From an uncultured Gammaproteobacteria bacterium (lineage in GTDB: Bacteria; Patescibacteriota; Microgenomatia; Levybacterales; GWA1-39-11), in NCBI GenBank assembly GCA_964504535.1, contig CAZDED010000005.1, positions 9,411 through 73,410 on the forward strand: DNA of 64,000 bases, in the 5' to 3' direction. Position 1 is the stretch's first letter. Every line of letters begins with the position of its first letter. This document shows positions 39,050 to 48,767 of this stretch, piece by piece. The notes under the pieces are model-generated. The model ran no database searches and was not told the origin of the DNA. It saw only the letters and a list, made by a program, of their open reading frames with translations. A program made the translations under genes and the position numbers.

Positions 39050-39694
39050 CTAAGTAATTTTATCAAGATCGATAGCCTCAGACAGTTGAAAAGTATTCAC
39101 ACGGGTTCTAATAAGACCTTTTAAATACCCACCTGTTTTTAGTTTTTCACCCAAATCTCGAGCCAAAGAACGGATATAAACCCCTGGTCCAGTGGTCACA
39201 TTTAGCCTCAAAATGGGGTAGTCGTACTCCAAAATCTCTATGTTTTTAATGATGACAGCTCGTGGCTCAAGCTTTACTTCCTCGCCGTGACGAACCCGTC
39301 TGTGGGAAGGTTTTCCCGATATTTTCACGGAGCTATAAATTGGGGGTGTCTGCATGATATTTCCTATAAATAATTTGATCGATTCTTTGATTTCAGAAAT
39401 ATTGGGCAGACTTTTAACATTTACATTTTGCTTTTCACCTTCTTCATCATCTGTCGTAGAATTTGCTCCCAAAAAAATAGTTGCTATGTATTCTTTTTCG
39501 CCTTTTACGAATTCATCTAAGCGTTTTGTGTTTTCTCGGCCAACAGCAATGACTAAAACTCCAGAGGCCAATGGATCCAAGGTTCCACCGTGACCAACAC
39601 GTCTAACGCCTGTTTTTTTACGAACAATATCCACAACATCATGAGATGTGATGCCGACGGGCTTGTTGACTGCAAATATTCCGTTGTTTTCCAT
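39050..39694 (-). CDS. truB: tRNA pseudouridine(55) synthase, short form
   Basis: NKPVGITSHD, GHGGTLDPLASG, GVYIRSLARDLG. Confidence 0.96.
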   Translation of the reverse strand: MENNGIFAVNKPVGITSHDVVDIVRKKTGVRRVGHGGTLDPLASGVLVIAVGRENTKRLDEFVKGEKEYIATIFLGANSTTDDEEGEKQNVNVKSLPNISEIKESIKLFIGNIMQTPPIYSSVKISGKPSHRRVRHGEEVKLEPRAVIIKNIEILEYDYPILRLNVTTGPGVYIRSLARDLGEKLKTGGYLKGLIRTRVNTFQLSEAIDLDKIT

Positions 39695-39722
39695 TTGTTA
39701 TATAATCGAACAAGTCAATTAT

Positions 39723-41072
39723 ATGAATCTTTTAGACAATATCAAACAAAAAGCACTCGAGGAAAATCTTTTGATAAGAAAAACAGACGAGGAAAAATAC
39801 GGCAAAAAAAATGGTATTTCAGTTAGGAGGCTTTCTAATGGGGCAAGAATCTTATCCGTTCAAAGAATTGTTGGGGACAGTAGAGTTTCAACGGTGAGTT
39901 TTAATATGCATTCCGGTGGGTACCTTGATCCAAAGGGTTATGAAGGCGCACACCACTTTTTAGAACATTTATTTTTTACGCAAAAACTGCGCAATCTTTA
40001 TCAGAAGTATCTTATCGAATCAAATGCATTTACATCCCAAGACAAAATTTCTTTTTATACTCGTGGAGGATTTAATACAAAAGTAAAAGACTTTGGTTTA
40101 CAAAAAGTTTTGAAAGCAACTGTGGACTCAATTATTTATCCCGAAACATTAGACAATACGGAAAGTTTTGAATTTAGCAAAGAAATAATTTTAAGAGAAA
40201 TTGACGAATTTTATGCAGATTATCGAAGGTATATGTTTGATGAATTATATAAATTAACACTTGTTGAAGATAACCCTTTTTATGGAAGTGCTCTTGGATA
40301 TCGAGAGTCAGTAATAAGAATAACTCCTGAAATTGTAAAAAAAGTGCTAAACGGCCATATTTCTACCCAAAATATGATAGCAACCATTTTTTCAGAAGGA
40401 AATGGCGCTGAGAGTCATGAACTTTCAAATGTTGTTGCCGATTTGCTTGAAAAATTTCCACGCACTCAAAAAGTTGATGAGATTAAATGGGAGAACATAG
40501 CCAAAACAAAAAAACTTCCCTTCGGAAAAACAGTTAGACATTCTGTAAAAATACAATCAAATATTGTTTCAATAAATTATGCTTGGATGATACCTATAGA
40601 ATACTTATCTAAAGATGACAGGATCACCCGTCTTTTAGGACCATTTCTTTCTGAGCTTTTTAATATTGAGGGACGGGAAAAAGGGCTAGGGTATTCACTA
40701 TATTTTTATCCAAGATATTTTTTCCCAAAGAGCATGTTGATAACGGCGAGCGTTTTATGTCCAGTCGAAGAACTTGATAAAACGCAGACACGAATGGAAC
40801 AAGTCGTTACGACAACTCTTAGAAGACCTCTTGTGGACAAACAGCTTTTTGAAGAGCTCTTATCAACTGAAAAAAACAGGCAGAGTATCGAGCCTATATA
40901 TTCAGGAGGAAGAATGGATACGGCTTACGACTCAGTTAAATGGTTTGACCTTCTCTTTAACAGTGAAAGAATGCGTGAATTGTTTTTAGAATTAAAAGAA
41001 AATGATCTCCTAACGATGCTAAAAAAAATTACCGATCAAAAACCAGCAATTTATATTCTCGGAAATATCTGA
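39723..41072 (+). CDS. Divergent M16 family peptidase
   Basis: GAHHFLEHLFF, NAFTS, REKGLGYS. Confidence 0.8.
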   Translation: MNLLDNIKQKALEENLLIRKTDEEKYGKKNGISVRRLSNGARILSVQRIVGDSRVSTVSFNMHSGGYLDPKGYEGAHHFLEHLFFTQKLRNLYQKYLIESNAFTSQDKISFYTRGGFNTKVKDFGLQKVLKATVDSIIYPETLDNTESFEFSKEIILREIDEFYADYRRYMFDELYKLTLVEDNPFYGSALGYRESVIRITPEIVKKVLNGHISTQNMIATIFSEGNGAESHELSNVVADLLEKFPRTQKVDEIKWENIAKTKKLPFGKTVRHSVKIQSNIVSINYAWMIPIEYLSKDDRITRLLGPFLSELFNIEGREKGLGYSLYFYPRYFFPKSMLITASVLCPVEELDKTQTRMEQVVTTTLRRPLVDKQLFEELLSTEKNRQSIEPIYSGGRMDTAYDSVKWFDLLFNSERMRELFLELKENDLLTMLKKITDQKPAIYILGNI

Positions 41073-41073
41073 T

Positions 41074-41841
41074 ATGAAATTTAAGTTCATTACATTAAAC
41101 ATCTGGAATGGGGGAGAATTATTCGATGCAGTTATAGAATTTTTGCAAGATGAAAATCCTGACATTGCGGTATTTCAGGAAGTGTATGATGGTGGTAGTC
41201 CTTCACAAGAACCTAGATTCCGGTCAATGGAAGTTTTACATGAGGCACTCCCCGACCTTAAATTTTCTACTTTTGATGGAACAATCATTGATCATGGGAA
41301 CGGGGATCTTCCTTGGGGTAATGCTGTTTTTTCAAAATTTCCGATTGTCGCAAAAAATAATGTATTGTTTGAAGATAAAGTGGGAGACTTCGATTTTGTT
41401 ACGAGAAATGATTTTCAGAATGTAACCCAAGGTATGTGTGGGGCGACGATTGAGGTTAGCGGCAAAAAAATAGATGTCTATAGCATCCATGGGGTGTGGG
41501 GTACGCATGGTCAAGATACCCCGGAAAGAACTAAAATGGGTACAACAATCATCGACTCATTAAAAGACGTGTCGCCATTGATAATTGCCGGAGACACCAA
41601 TCTGTATCCTGACACCCAATTTGTAAAAGATGTTTGCGAAAATCTCAAATTGACTAATATTTTCGGAACCGAGTTGGTCACTACTTTTAATATGAAATAT
41701 AAAGATCCGGAAAAAACAGGATACGCGACCTCTCCGGTAGACATGGTCATGGCAAGTCCGGAGCTTACGGTTGTTTCCAAAGAGATGCCATTGGTTGACG
41801 CATCTGATCACTACCCATTAAAAGTTATATTTAATCTTTGA
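41074..41841 (+). CDS. Endonuclease/exonuclease/phosphatase family protein
   Basis: TLNIW, FQEV, GNAVFSKFPI, AGDTN, SDHYPL. Confidence 0.92.
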   Translation: MKFKFITLNIWNGGELFDAVIEFLQDENPDIAVFQEVYDGGSPSQEPRFRSMEVLHEALPDLKFSTFDGTIIDHGNGDLPWGNAVFSKFPIVAKNNVLFEDKVGDFDFVTRNDFQNVTQGMCGATIEVSGKKIDVYSIHGVWGTHGQDTPERTKMGTTIIDSLKDVSPLIIAGDTNLYPDTQFVKDVCENLKLTNIFGTELVTTFNMKYKDPEKTGYATSPVDMVMASPELTVVSKEMPLVDASDHYPLKVIFNL

Positions 41842-41876
41842 TGGGCAAGATCTTCTTACCCATTAAAAGTTATATT
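41812..41876 (+). repeat. 20-bp direct repeat with intervening partial inverted copy at the gene 3' end
   Basis: tacccattaaaagttatatt at 41812-41831 and 41857-41876. Confidence 0.85.
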
Positions 41877-41882
41877 CGAAGT

Positions 41883-42602
41883 TTAGTTGGCTTTAAGTGA
41901 GGCAATAACAGAATCCATTTGAGAAAGAATTACTTCGTCAGGACTGGTTGGCGCGGTGTAGGTTATGGCACCAAATGAAGTTGGGGATCCAAAAGATCCT
42001 TTAGTTGAGGGGTTGCTTGCGCAGAATGTGTAGGTCGGGATAGGGGGGTTGCCACTGGTTATCACGACTCTTCTAAAAGTTGTATCCCCCGCTTTTATCT
42101 CGACAAATTCCTTATTACTATAATCTTGAGACATTTCTGATGGAGCATCTCCCTTGAAAGTGCATCCACTTCCTCCCATTGGTGCTTGGTAAATTTTTAT
42201 ACTATATTCCCCTTTTGTTAGGGTCAATAAATCAGAAATCTCATCTCTTTTCGTATCCTTTTGCCAGTCATTCGGATACGAAATTGTGTAGGCAGATGCC
42301 GAATTGTCTTTTAATTTCGTGCTTGTATATACAAGCACTTTCATTTTAGTTGATGGGGTACTTGTAATTGGAGTTTCTACAGTGGTAGTTGGAGTCGGTT
42401 GGGTTGTAGTTGGTGGGACGGTAATTGCAGCTTCGGGCTTTTTTTGCATCCCCAGATACGCTGCAGCTGCTACCACAACAAGTGCAAGAAATATTATTGC
42501 GCCAACTAGTGGAACATTATTGCTTTTGTGAACTACAACCGCTTGTGGGGTGGGGGTGTTCGCTTGAGATATTGGTGCTGCCGGGGATGTTGCTTCTTCC
42601 AT
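41883..42602 (-). CDS. Single-TM surface protein, P/T-rich linker
   Basis: TM helix, YTISYPNDW, C-terminal MDSVIASL. Confidence 0.75.
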   Translation of the reverse strand: MEEATSPAAPISQANTPTPQAVVVHKSNNVPLVGAIIFLALVVVAAAAYLGMQKKPEAAITVPPTTTQPTPTTTVETPITSTPSTKMKVLVYTSTKLKDNSASAYTISYPNDWQKDTKRDEISDLLTLTKGEYSIKIYQAPMGGSGCTFKGDAPSEMSQDYSNKEFVEIKAGDTTFRRVVITSGNPPIPTYTFCASNPSTKGSFGSPTSFGAITYTAPTSPDEVILSQMDSVIASLKAN

Positions 42603-42645
42603 ATATTTATTCTTCCATGATCCGGATGATATTACAAGTTGTATG

Positions 42646-43857
42646 TTACTTCAAAATGGTAATCCTCTGTTGCCATCCTTTGTCATTTGCGAATTGAAAT
42701 GCATCCGTAGGTTTGCCTTTGATTTCTTTTGTTCCAACCATTCTTCCATCTCTTAAGACTCCTGCACTTATAAATCCCTCACCGGTCCCGATGACTACAT
42801 GGCCTTTTCCTTCTTTCAACTCAACTATCTCAGTTACTTTCCCTGGCTCTGGTGAGTCACCAGATTCGACTCTCCCTTCATAGAGAGTTACCATATTACC
42901 TTCTTGATCTTCCACCCAAGCGCCTGGGTTAAATGTGCCTGCATCAATCATTGCTTTTATGGAATGCGCAGGTTTGGTCAAGTCAATCTTTACATGCTTC
43001 TTTTCAATCGGTGGTTGATAATTTCCTTCCCCATCTACTTGAGGCTGTCCGCGGAAAATGAGTCCCATATCTTTTGCTATAGCCATCTTATTGGTGATCT
43101 CAAGCATATATTCAACACCTTGAGGGAAAAGTACATTGTTAAATGCCGATATTACTGTTGTTGCATCTTCAGGTAGCGTAACTAATTTTTCCGCAAGAAT
43201 AGGTCCTTTATCGAGAGTATCATTTGGATCATTTTCTTTTGATCCCGTCGGTAGGGGTTTTTTATTCATACCATGTTCACTAGGAATTAGTTCATCTCCA
43301 CGACTAAGAGAATAAACACACATTCCTATTGCTGGATTTCCATTTTCATCTGTTAGTTCATTAATTCTTTGCCAATTAGGAGCAGAGCGTCCCCGATACC
43401 CATCCTCTTTTGCTCTAGACGGATGCCATCCCCAGAAATCCATCGGCGCTATTTCTGCTACATCTTGCGGAACAGTTGCAGTTAGGCTCGCAGCAATCAG
43501 TATGTCTGGTTCAAAATCCTTTAAATTTTTAGCTGCATCAGGTTGTGTAAGACTGCTGAATTTAAAATTCGGTATTCCAAACTCCTTTGCGGTAGCACGT
43601 ACTGCATCTGGCTCTTTACCATCGACCATTGCAGGGCCTACAACAAATACTATTTCATGACCAGCTTCGATAGCCCCTCTTACATATCGGTCTGCAAATT
43701 TACCTGATCCCATGACACCAATTTTTAGAGGGTTGAACGGAGTGTTAGGATCAATATCCCAATGATCTATTCTGTCATCAACAAATTCAAACTGGGTATG
43801 AACATCTGGTGTTTCAATCGAGTGAGGACTAGCTTTTCCTTCTAACTCTGCTGCCAT
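42646..43857 (-). CDS. Divergent formyltransferase family protein (Fmt-like paralogue)
   Basis: KIGVMGS, WHPS..YRGRSAPNW, LDKGPIL, NPGAW. Confidence 0.8.
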   Translation of the reverse strand: MAAELEGKASPHSIETPDVHTQFEFVDDRIDHWDIDPNTPFNPLKIGVMGSGKFADRYVRGAIEAGHEIVFVVGPAMVDGKEPDAVRATAKEFGIPNFKFSSLTQPDAAKNLKDFEPDILIAASLTATVPQDVAEIAPMDFWGWHPSRAKEDGYRGRSAPNWQRINELTDENGNPAIGMCVYSLSRGDELIPSEHGMNKKPLPTGSKENDPNDTLDKGPILAEKLVTLPEDATTVISAFNNVLFPQGVEYMLEITNKMAIAKDMGLIFRGQPQVDGEGNYQPPIEKKHVKIDLTKPAHSIKAMIDAGTFNPGAWVEDQEGNMVTLYEGRVESGDSPEPGKVTEIVELKEGKGHVVIGTGEGFISAGVLRDGRMVGTKEIKGKPTDAFQFANDKGWQQRITILK

Positions 43858-43925
43858 TGTAAAAAAAGTATATACGTAGCGGATACTAGTTTGCAACAAT
43901 TATTTTAGTCCTCTATAATGCCACA

Positions 43926-44240
43926 ATGGCAGAAAAACATTTCCCGGAAGAAAAGATTGCAGAAGGTGTTTTGAAACAGAAAATAGCTGATGGTACTAAT
44001 GATTTTTCAGTAAGAATGGAGCCGGGAAGTGAGATTGAAATGCGTACGAGTGAACACGAATATTTATGGGTAGTAGAGTCGGGCGTTGGTCTTTTGACTA
44101 TGATTGAGGCGGGTCACGAGCACAGAAGGAATATAAGAGTTAGTAGTGGAATTGGTGGAGAGCTTCACGTTGGAGATCAATTCGGAGTTTTGAATATTGG
44201 ACGCGAAATTTTAGAAGTATTGGTTACAAAAAATCTCTAG
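43926..44240 (+). CDS. Hypothetical protein, cupin-like
   Basis: HEYLWVVESGVG...NIGREILEV pattern; leaderless. Confidence 0.55.
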   Translation: MAEKHFPEEKIAEGVLKQKIADGTNDFSVRMEPGSEIEMRTSEHEYLWVVESGVGLLTMIEAGHEHRRNIRVSSGIGGELHVGDQFGVLNIGREILEVLVTKNL

Positions 44241-44244
44241 TTTG

Positions 44245-44317
44245 CGACCCCGAGAGGAGTCGAACCTCCAGTCTTTCCCTTAGGACGGGACTGCTCAATC
44301 CATTAAGCTACGGGGTC
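44245..44317 (-). tRNA. tRNA-Arg(CCT)
   Basis: Acceptor GACCCCG/CGGGGTC, D arm TAGCTTAATGGATTGAGC, loop GTCCTAA, GGTTCGACTCC. Confidence 0.92.
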
Positions 44318-44395
44318 TCGTCACAAAGTATTTTATCATAGTGACCCGTGGGTAACTTATTGACTAATAGTTGAGCTTGCAATATGATAGTAGTC

Positions 44396-45250
44396 ATGGC
44401 GGAAGGTCTCACAAAAAAGCAAATCAAGGAACTTCGGAAGCTTGAAAAGATGCAGTCCAGAAACATGGAAGAGAAGAACGGGACTGTTAAATGGATAGCA
44501 ATCACGGTAATTTCTGCAATATTTCTCCTTTTGTTTGTGGGTATCATTGTAGTTGCGAAGAACAAAAATAAACCACAAACTGCAAGTGGAAGCGCGCAAT
44601 TTGCTAACAATGGGCACACCCGAATGTTGACTAAAGAAGGGAAGGATGCAACTAATTCTGCAAATCCTGCTCAAAAAGTGGTGACTGTGGTTGAATATGG
44701 TGACCTCCAGTGTCCGGCATGTAAATCCTATCATCCAGTAGTTACAGAATTATTGAAAGCATTTCCTGAGCAATTAAAACTGGTTTTCAAAAATTACCCA
44801 CTGACACAGGTGCATCCAAATGCGATGGCAGCATCAGTTGCTGCTGAGGCAGCGGCAAAGCAAGGGAAATTTTATGCATTTGTAGATGCTGCATATGAAA
44901 AGCAAGAAGAATGGGCAGGGCTTGACGACCCACAAAGCAAATTTGAAGAATATGTAAAGGCGCTTGGTATGAATGTCGATCAGTTCAGAAAAGACCAAAA
45001 GGATCCTGCAATCGCTAAATTGATAGCAGATCAAAATACGGAGGGTATACAAAATGGGGTTACAGGAACACCATCATTTTTTGTGGAAGGAAAAAAGATA
45101 GAAAATCCAGCAAGTCTTGAGGATTTTAAAAAGATTATTTTACAAGAGTTAAAGTCAATCACCGGCTCCGACATAGTCCCTCAAAATCCAACAGGAACTA
45201 GCGCCAGCCCTACTACGGCGGTTCCTGAAAAGCTGCCATTACAGCAATAA
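44396..45250 (+). CDS. Membrane-anchored DsbA/BdbD-like thiol-disulfide oxidoreductase
   Basis: EYGDLQCPAC, GVTGTPSF. Confidence 0.92.
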   Translation: MAEGLTKKQIKELRKLEKMQSRNMEEKNGTVKWIAITVISAIFLLLFVGIIVVAKNKNKPQTASGSAQFANNGHTRMLTKEGKDATNSANPAQKVVTVVEYGDLQCPACKSYHPVVTELLKAFPEQLKLVFKNYPLTQVHPNAMAASVAAEAAAKQGKFYAFVDAAYEKQEEWAGLDDPQSKFEEYVKALGMNVDQFRKDQKDPAIAKLIADQNTEGIQNGVTGTPSFFVEGKKIENPASLEDFKKIILQELKSITGSDIVPQNPTGTSASPTTAVPEKLPLQQ

Positions 45251-45255
45251 ATCAT

Positions 45256-45798
45256 ATGTCACCACTAGCTCAGATTTTAATTTCTGTTCTTTCCACAGGA
45301 ACTCTTTTACTTCAGATAGCAAGTTTCGTTCTAGTTGTAGTCCTATTTTTTGGAGTTCTAAAACCTAAAAATAAAACGATCAAGAAAATAAAAACCCTTA
45401 TATCTGATAACTACGTCGTTATAATACTGATTGTAAGCGGACTGGCAACTGCCGGAAGTCTAGCGCTTTCTGAGATAGTCAATTTTGCTCCATGCAAATT
45501 GTGCTGGTATCAGAGGGTAATGACATATCCGCAGGTATTGATAGCATTTGTAGCTCTTATTACAAATGATCAAAAAATTAAAAAATTTATTTTGCCATTA
45601 TCCATTATTGGGTTTGTTATAGCGACATATCACATATTGCTACAAGTTTTTCCTACAGCATTTCAGTGTAATGATGAGGTAGCAAAATGTAGTGCTATAC
45701 AATTTGCACAATTTGGTTATATTACAATTCCTGTCATGGCTTTTTCTACTTTTATATTTATTATTCTAATAAGCTTGGTAAAAAAAAGAGAGGATTAG
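45256..45798 (+). CDS. Disulfide bond formation protein DsbB/BdbC
   Basis: PCKLCWYQR, ITIPVMA; four TMs; adjacent to DsbA-like gene. Confidence 0.92.
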   Translation: MSPLAQILISVLSTGTLLLQIASFVLVVVLFFGVLKPKNKTIKKIKTLISDNYVVIILIVSGLATAGSLALSEIVNFAPCKLCWYQRVMTYPQVLIAFVALITNDQKIKKFILPLSIIGFVIATYHILLQVFPTAFQCNDEVAKCSAIQFAQFGYITIPVMAFSTFIFIILISLVKKRED

Positions 45799-45815
45799 TG
45801 TCTTTGAGGGTCTTA

Positions 45816-46103
45816 TTATTTCCCCGGTTCCTGAGTGATGTTTTGAACAGCCCCATGAGTAGGCTCACCTTTTGCCTCAGATTCTGCAGTGTTAAAGACT
45901 CCGTGTTTGTAGCCTACAAGAGCAAGAGCTGACAATGTTACCCCAGCAGCTAAGGCCAAAAGTTTTTGCTTTGCAGATAATGGATGATGTTCAGGTGTAG
46001 GTGTACCCTCTAGAAATTGGGCTGTTGTAGATGCCTCATGATCAAAATTCTCCAATTTACGTGTCTGTCGGCCGACTTGTCCATTTTCACCAGATTCATG
46101 CAT
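45816..46103 (-). CDS. Hypothetical single-TM protein
   Basis: 95-aa ORF with a hydrophobic segment. Confidence 0.6.
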   Translation of the reverse strand: MHESGENGQVGRQTRKLENFDHEASTTAQFLEGTPTPEHHPLSAKQKLLALAAGVTLSALALVGYKHGVFNTAESEAKGEPTHGAVQNITQEPGK

Positions 46104-46167
46104 ACAGATAGTATGTAATTTTTTGGGATACCTGTCAAGTTCTGCCTTATTATGTATAATTAATTAC

Positions 46168-46605
46168 ATGACCCAAGAAATATTGGTAAGAGCACTTATC
46201 ATCAGAGACAGAAAGATTTTGGTGTGTCAAACCGTTGGGAAAGATTATTTTTTTCTGCCCGGCGGACACGTGGAATTTGGAGAGAGTATGCAAGATGCCT
46301 TGCACCGAGAGCTTATTGAGGAATTGAACGCACGCGTAATTGCTTCGTCATACATTGGTAGTGTTGAAAATATTTTTGAGCAGAATGAAGTAAAAAAGCA
46401 CGAACTCAGTTTTGTTTTTCATGTTGATATCGATTTGCGCGACGTTGTTTCAAAAGAGGAGCACATTTCCTTTTATTGGCTGACTTTTGAAGAATTTATT
46501 GATGCTAAAGTCATGCCACCTGCTATGAAAGACGCAATTATTGAATGGACCGCTGAGAAGGAAACATTTTTTATAGAAGAGAAAAGTTCAGGCAATAGTA
46601 ACTAG
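46168..46605 (+). CDS. NUDIX hydrolase
   Basis: LPGGHVEFGESMQDALHRELIEE. Confidence 0.92.
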   Translation: MTQEILVRALIIRDRKILVCQTVGKDYFFLPGGHVEFGESMQDALHRELIEELNARVIASSYIGSVENIFEQNEVKKHELSFVFHVDIDLRDVVSKEEHISFYWLTFEEFIDAKVMPPAMKDAIIEWTAEKETFFIEEKSSGNSN

Positions 46606-46615
46606 TCACTGACCA

Positions 46616-47371
46616 ATGGCTGTCCCACCACAACATCATCAGAAATCATCCAGAAGAAATCAAATCATTTGGTTCCTTATTCTAAGAACTCTTGGTAATT
46701 TTTTGATCTTATTTACTATATTTGGATTCGGATTTACTTTCGGTCCCGCTGTTTTTTATGAAGCCCGTTACCAAGTAGCCCAAAGATTTAATATCCATTA
46801 CAAAGTCGGACAAGTAGTACAACAGGGACCGACAGAACTTGGAAAAATCATTCAGAAAGAGCAATTGGCAAAATCTCAACCAAGCATTTTTAATGCTGTT
46901 CTTTCAGGAAAAAGGGAGGAGATACTGTATCCTGCAGATCCAGCATTTTCTGTAGTCATCCCAAAAATTGGCGCAAATGAAAGGATCATAGCAAATGTCG
47001 ATCCAGACAATGAGGAAGAATATCTCAAAATATTGCTGAATAACATAGCTCATGCCAAAGGAACGGCTTTTCCCGGGGTCAATGGAACAACATATTTATT
47101 TGCACACAGTACTGATAATTTTTGGAATGTAGGTCGATATAATGCCGTGTTTTATTTACTGAATAAAATGGAGGTAGGGGATGATGTTGTGATATTTTTA
47201 AATGGAAAAAGATTTAACTACGCAGTCAGCGAAACTAAAATTATCGATCCCTCAGACACACATTTTATTGCCAGTAATTTGGGACAAGGGGAGCGGGTAA
47301 TTTTGCAGACATGTTGGCCACCAGGAACCGCATGGAAGAGGCTATTGATTTTTGCTACACCCAAGCCTTAA
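46616..47371 (+). CDS. Sortase family protein
   Basis: IPKIG, LFAHS, LQTCWPPGTAWKRL (His/Cys/Arg triad). Confidence 0.9.
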   Translation: MAVPPQHHQKSSRRNQIIWFLILRTLGNFLILFTIFGFGFTFGPAVFYEARYQVAQRFNIHYKVGQVVQQGPTELGKIIQKEQLAKSQPSIFNAVLSGKREEILYPADPAFSVVIPKIGANERIIANVDPDNEEEYLKILLNNIAHAKGTAFPGVNGTTYLFAHSTDNFWNVGRYNAVFYLLNKMEVGDDVVIFLNGKRFNYAVSETKIIDPSDTHFIASNLGQGERVILQTCWPPGTAWKRLLIFATPKP

Positions 47372-47381
47372 AATACATCAA

Positions 47382-48002
47382 ATGGCCACACATTCTTTTA
47401 CTGTCAAAGAATCTTTAAAATACGGTTGGGATACTTTTAAAAAGAACTGGCAATTTTTAATTGCAGTATTTGCAATTGTTGTTCTTGCCGGCATGATCCC
47501 AAACTGGCTACATGATTGGTCACGGGACAACATGCCAAATGTATCTTTTGTTTTTTCTATCATCAGCTGGCTTATACAAATGATCACTGGCATTGGAGTT
47601 ATCGTTATCAGTCTGAAAATAGTGGATGGGAAAAAACCAAATATTTCAGATCTGTATACTCATTCTTCACTCCTTCTCAATTATTTCCTCGGGTCATTAA
47701 TTTACGGACTTGTAACTATCGGAGGATTTATTTTGCTTATTATTCCTGGAATAATTTGGGGAATTAAGTATCAATATATAACGTATTTGATCATAGATCA
47801 GGGAATGAGTCCAATGGATGCTTTTAGAAAAAGCGGGAAGATAACACAAGGGCACAAAACAAAACTTTTCTGGCTCGGAATTTCATATATAGGGATAACA
47901 CTTCTTGGCATTCTTGTATTTGGGATTGGTCTTATTATCTCCTGGCCCATCATTGCTCTTTCTGGAGCATACGTCTATCGAAAGCTTTCCCCTAAGAAAT
48001 AA
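47382..48002 (+). CDS. Integral membrane protein (DUF975-like)
   Basis: LLIIPGIIWGIKY..AFRKSGKITQGHK. Confidence 0.75.
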   Translation: MATHSFTVKESLKYGWDTFKKNWQFLIAVFAIVVLAGMIPNWLHDWSRDNMPNVSFVFSIISWLIQMITGIGVIVISLKIVDGKKPNISDLYTHSSLLLNYFLGSLIYGLVTIGGFILLIIPGIIWGIKYQYITYLIIDQGMSPMDAFRKSGKITQGHKTKLFWLGISYIGITLLGILVFGIGLIISWPIIALSGAYVYRKLSPKK

Positions 48003-48101
48003 AGTTGGTATTGTTTGTAACTCTTTTTCATAGATTGTACCTCTTGTCTACTCGTTAAATTCATGTAAATCTATATGTAGCTTCCTTGCCCCGGCTACAA
48101 A

Positions 48102-48587
48102 ATGACTGCCCAACTGTACACCTCTGTTTTTTATTTCTTGTTTTTATTTTTTGTTGTGCCATTTAGTTTGCTTACTTCTGCAATAGTTAAAACGGGCTTT
48201 TTGACCGGAGTCAACGCTTTTGTTGTTGTTTCTTACTCTATGAATCCGTCAGTTCCTATGGGAAGTGTTATTTATACAAAAAAAGAATCAACCTATAAAA
48301 AAGGGGATATAATTGCCTTTCCGTTAAAAGGTAAAACAATTTCACACAGAGTAGATGATGTTATAAAAATAGGTAGCCAGATTTACTATTCAACGAAAGG
48401 GGATGCAAACGCCATCTCCGATTTTGATTTAGTTGAAAGAGGAAGCATCTTAGGAAGGGCTGTTTTTTTCTTGCCATTTGTAGGTGAAATAATAGTAGCG
48501 CTGAGAAACCAAAATTTAATCCTCTTAGGAGCCGTCTTGCCCACGCTTCTTTTCCTCGGTAGGAAAATAGTACCCCATAGTTTTTGA
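48102..48587 (+). CDS. Signal peptidase I, SipW/ER type
   Basis: VVSYSMNP, GDII, ISHRV, TKGDAN. Confidence 0.88.
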   Translation: MTAQLYTSVFYFLFLFFVVPFSLLTSAIVKTGFLTGVNAFVVVSYSMNPSVPMGSVIYTKKESTYKKGDIIAFPLKGKTISHRVDDVIKIGSQIYYSTKGDANAISDFDLVERGSILGRAVFFLPFVGEIIVALRNQNLILLGAVLPTLLFLGRKIVPHSF

Positions 48588-48760
48588 TTTTTCCCATTTT
48601 GTGCTATAATAACTTGTTTTTGCCCACCTTTTGGCGTGTTGCATGTCAAAATCAACGGGCTTAGCACGTTAACAAGTTGCTTGATATTTTTTAAGGTTGC
48701 GGCTTTCTGCTAATCTATGGTTGGTAGGAAGCCGTAACCTATATTCTGCGGCAAGGAGAC
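48584..48760 (+). promoter_or_regulatory. Cassette leader F: TGnTATAAT, hairpin, boxA-like GCACGTTAACAAG (48664-48676), ~22-bp hairpin, AAGGAG
   Basis: Hairpin aggttgcggctttctgctaatc-tat-ggttggtaggaagccgtaacct at 48694-48740. Confidence 0.75.
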
Positions 48761-48767
48761 AACAGGG

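Noticed and set aside
41812-41876. Diversity-generating retroelement VR/TR pair
   Set aside because: The repeat is only 20 bp, shows no adenine-specific differences, and no reverse transcriptase is in the window.
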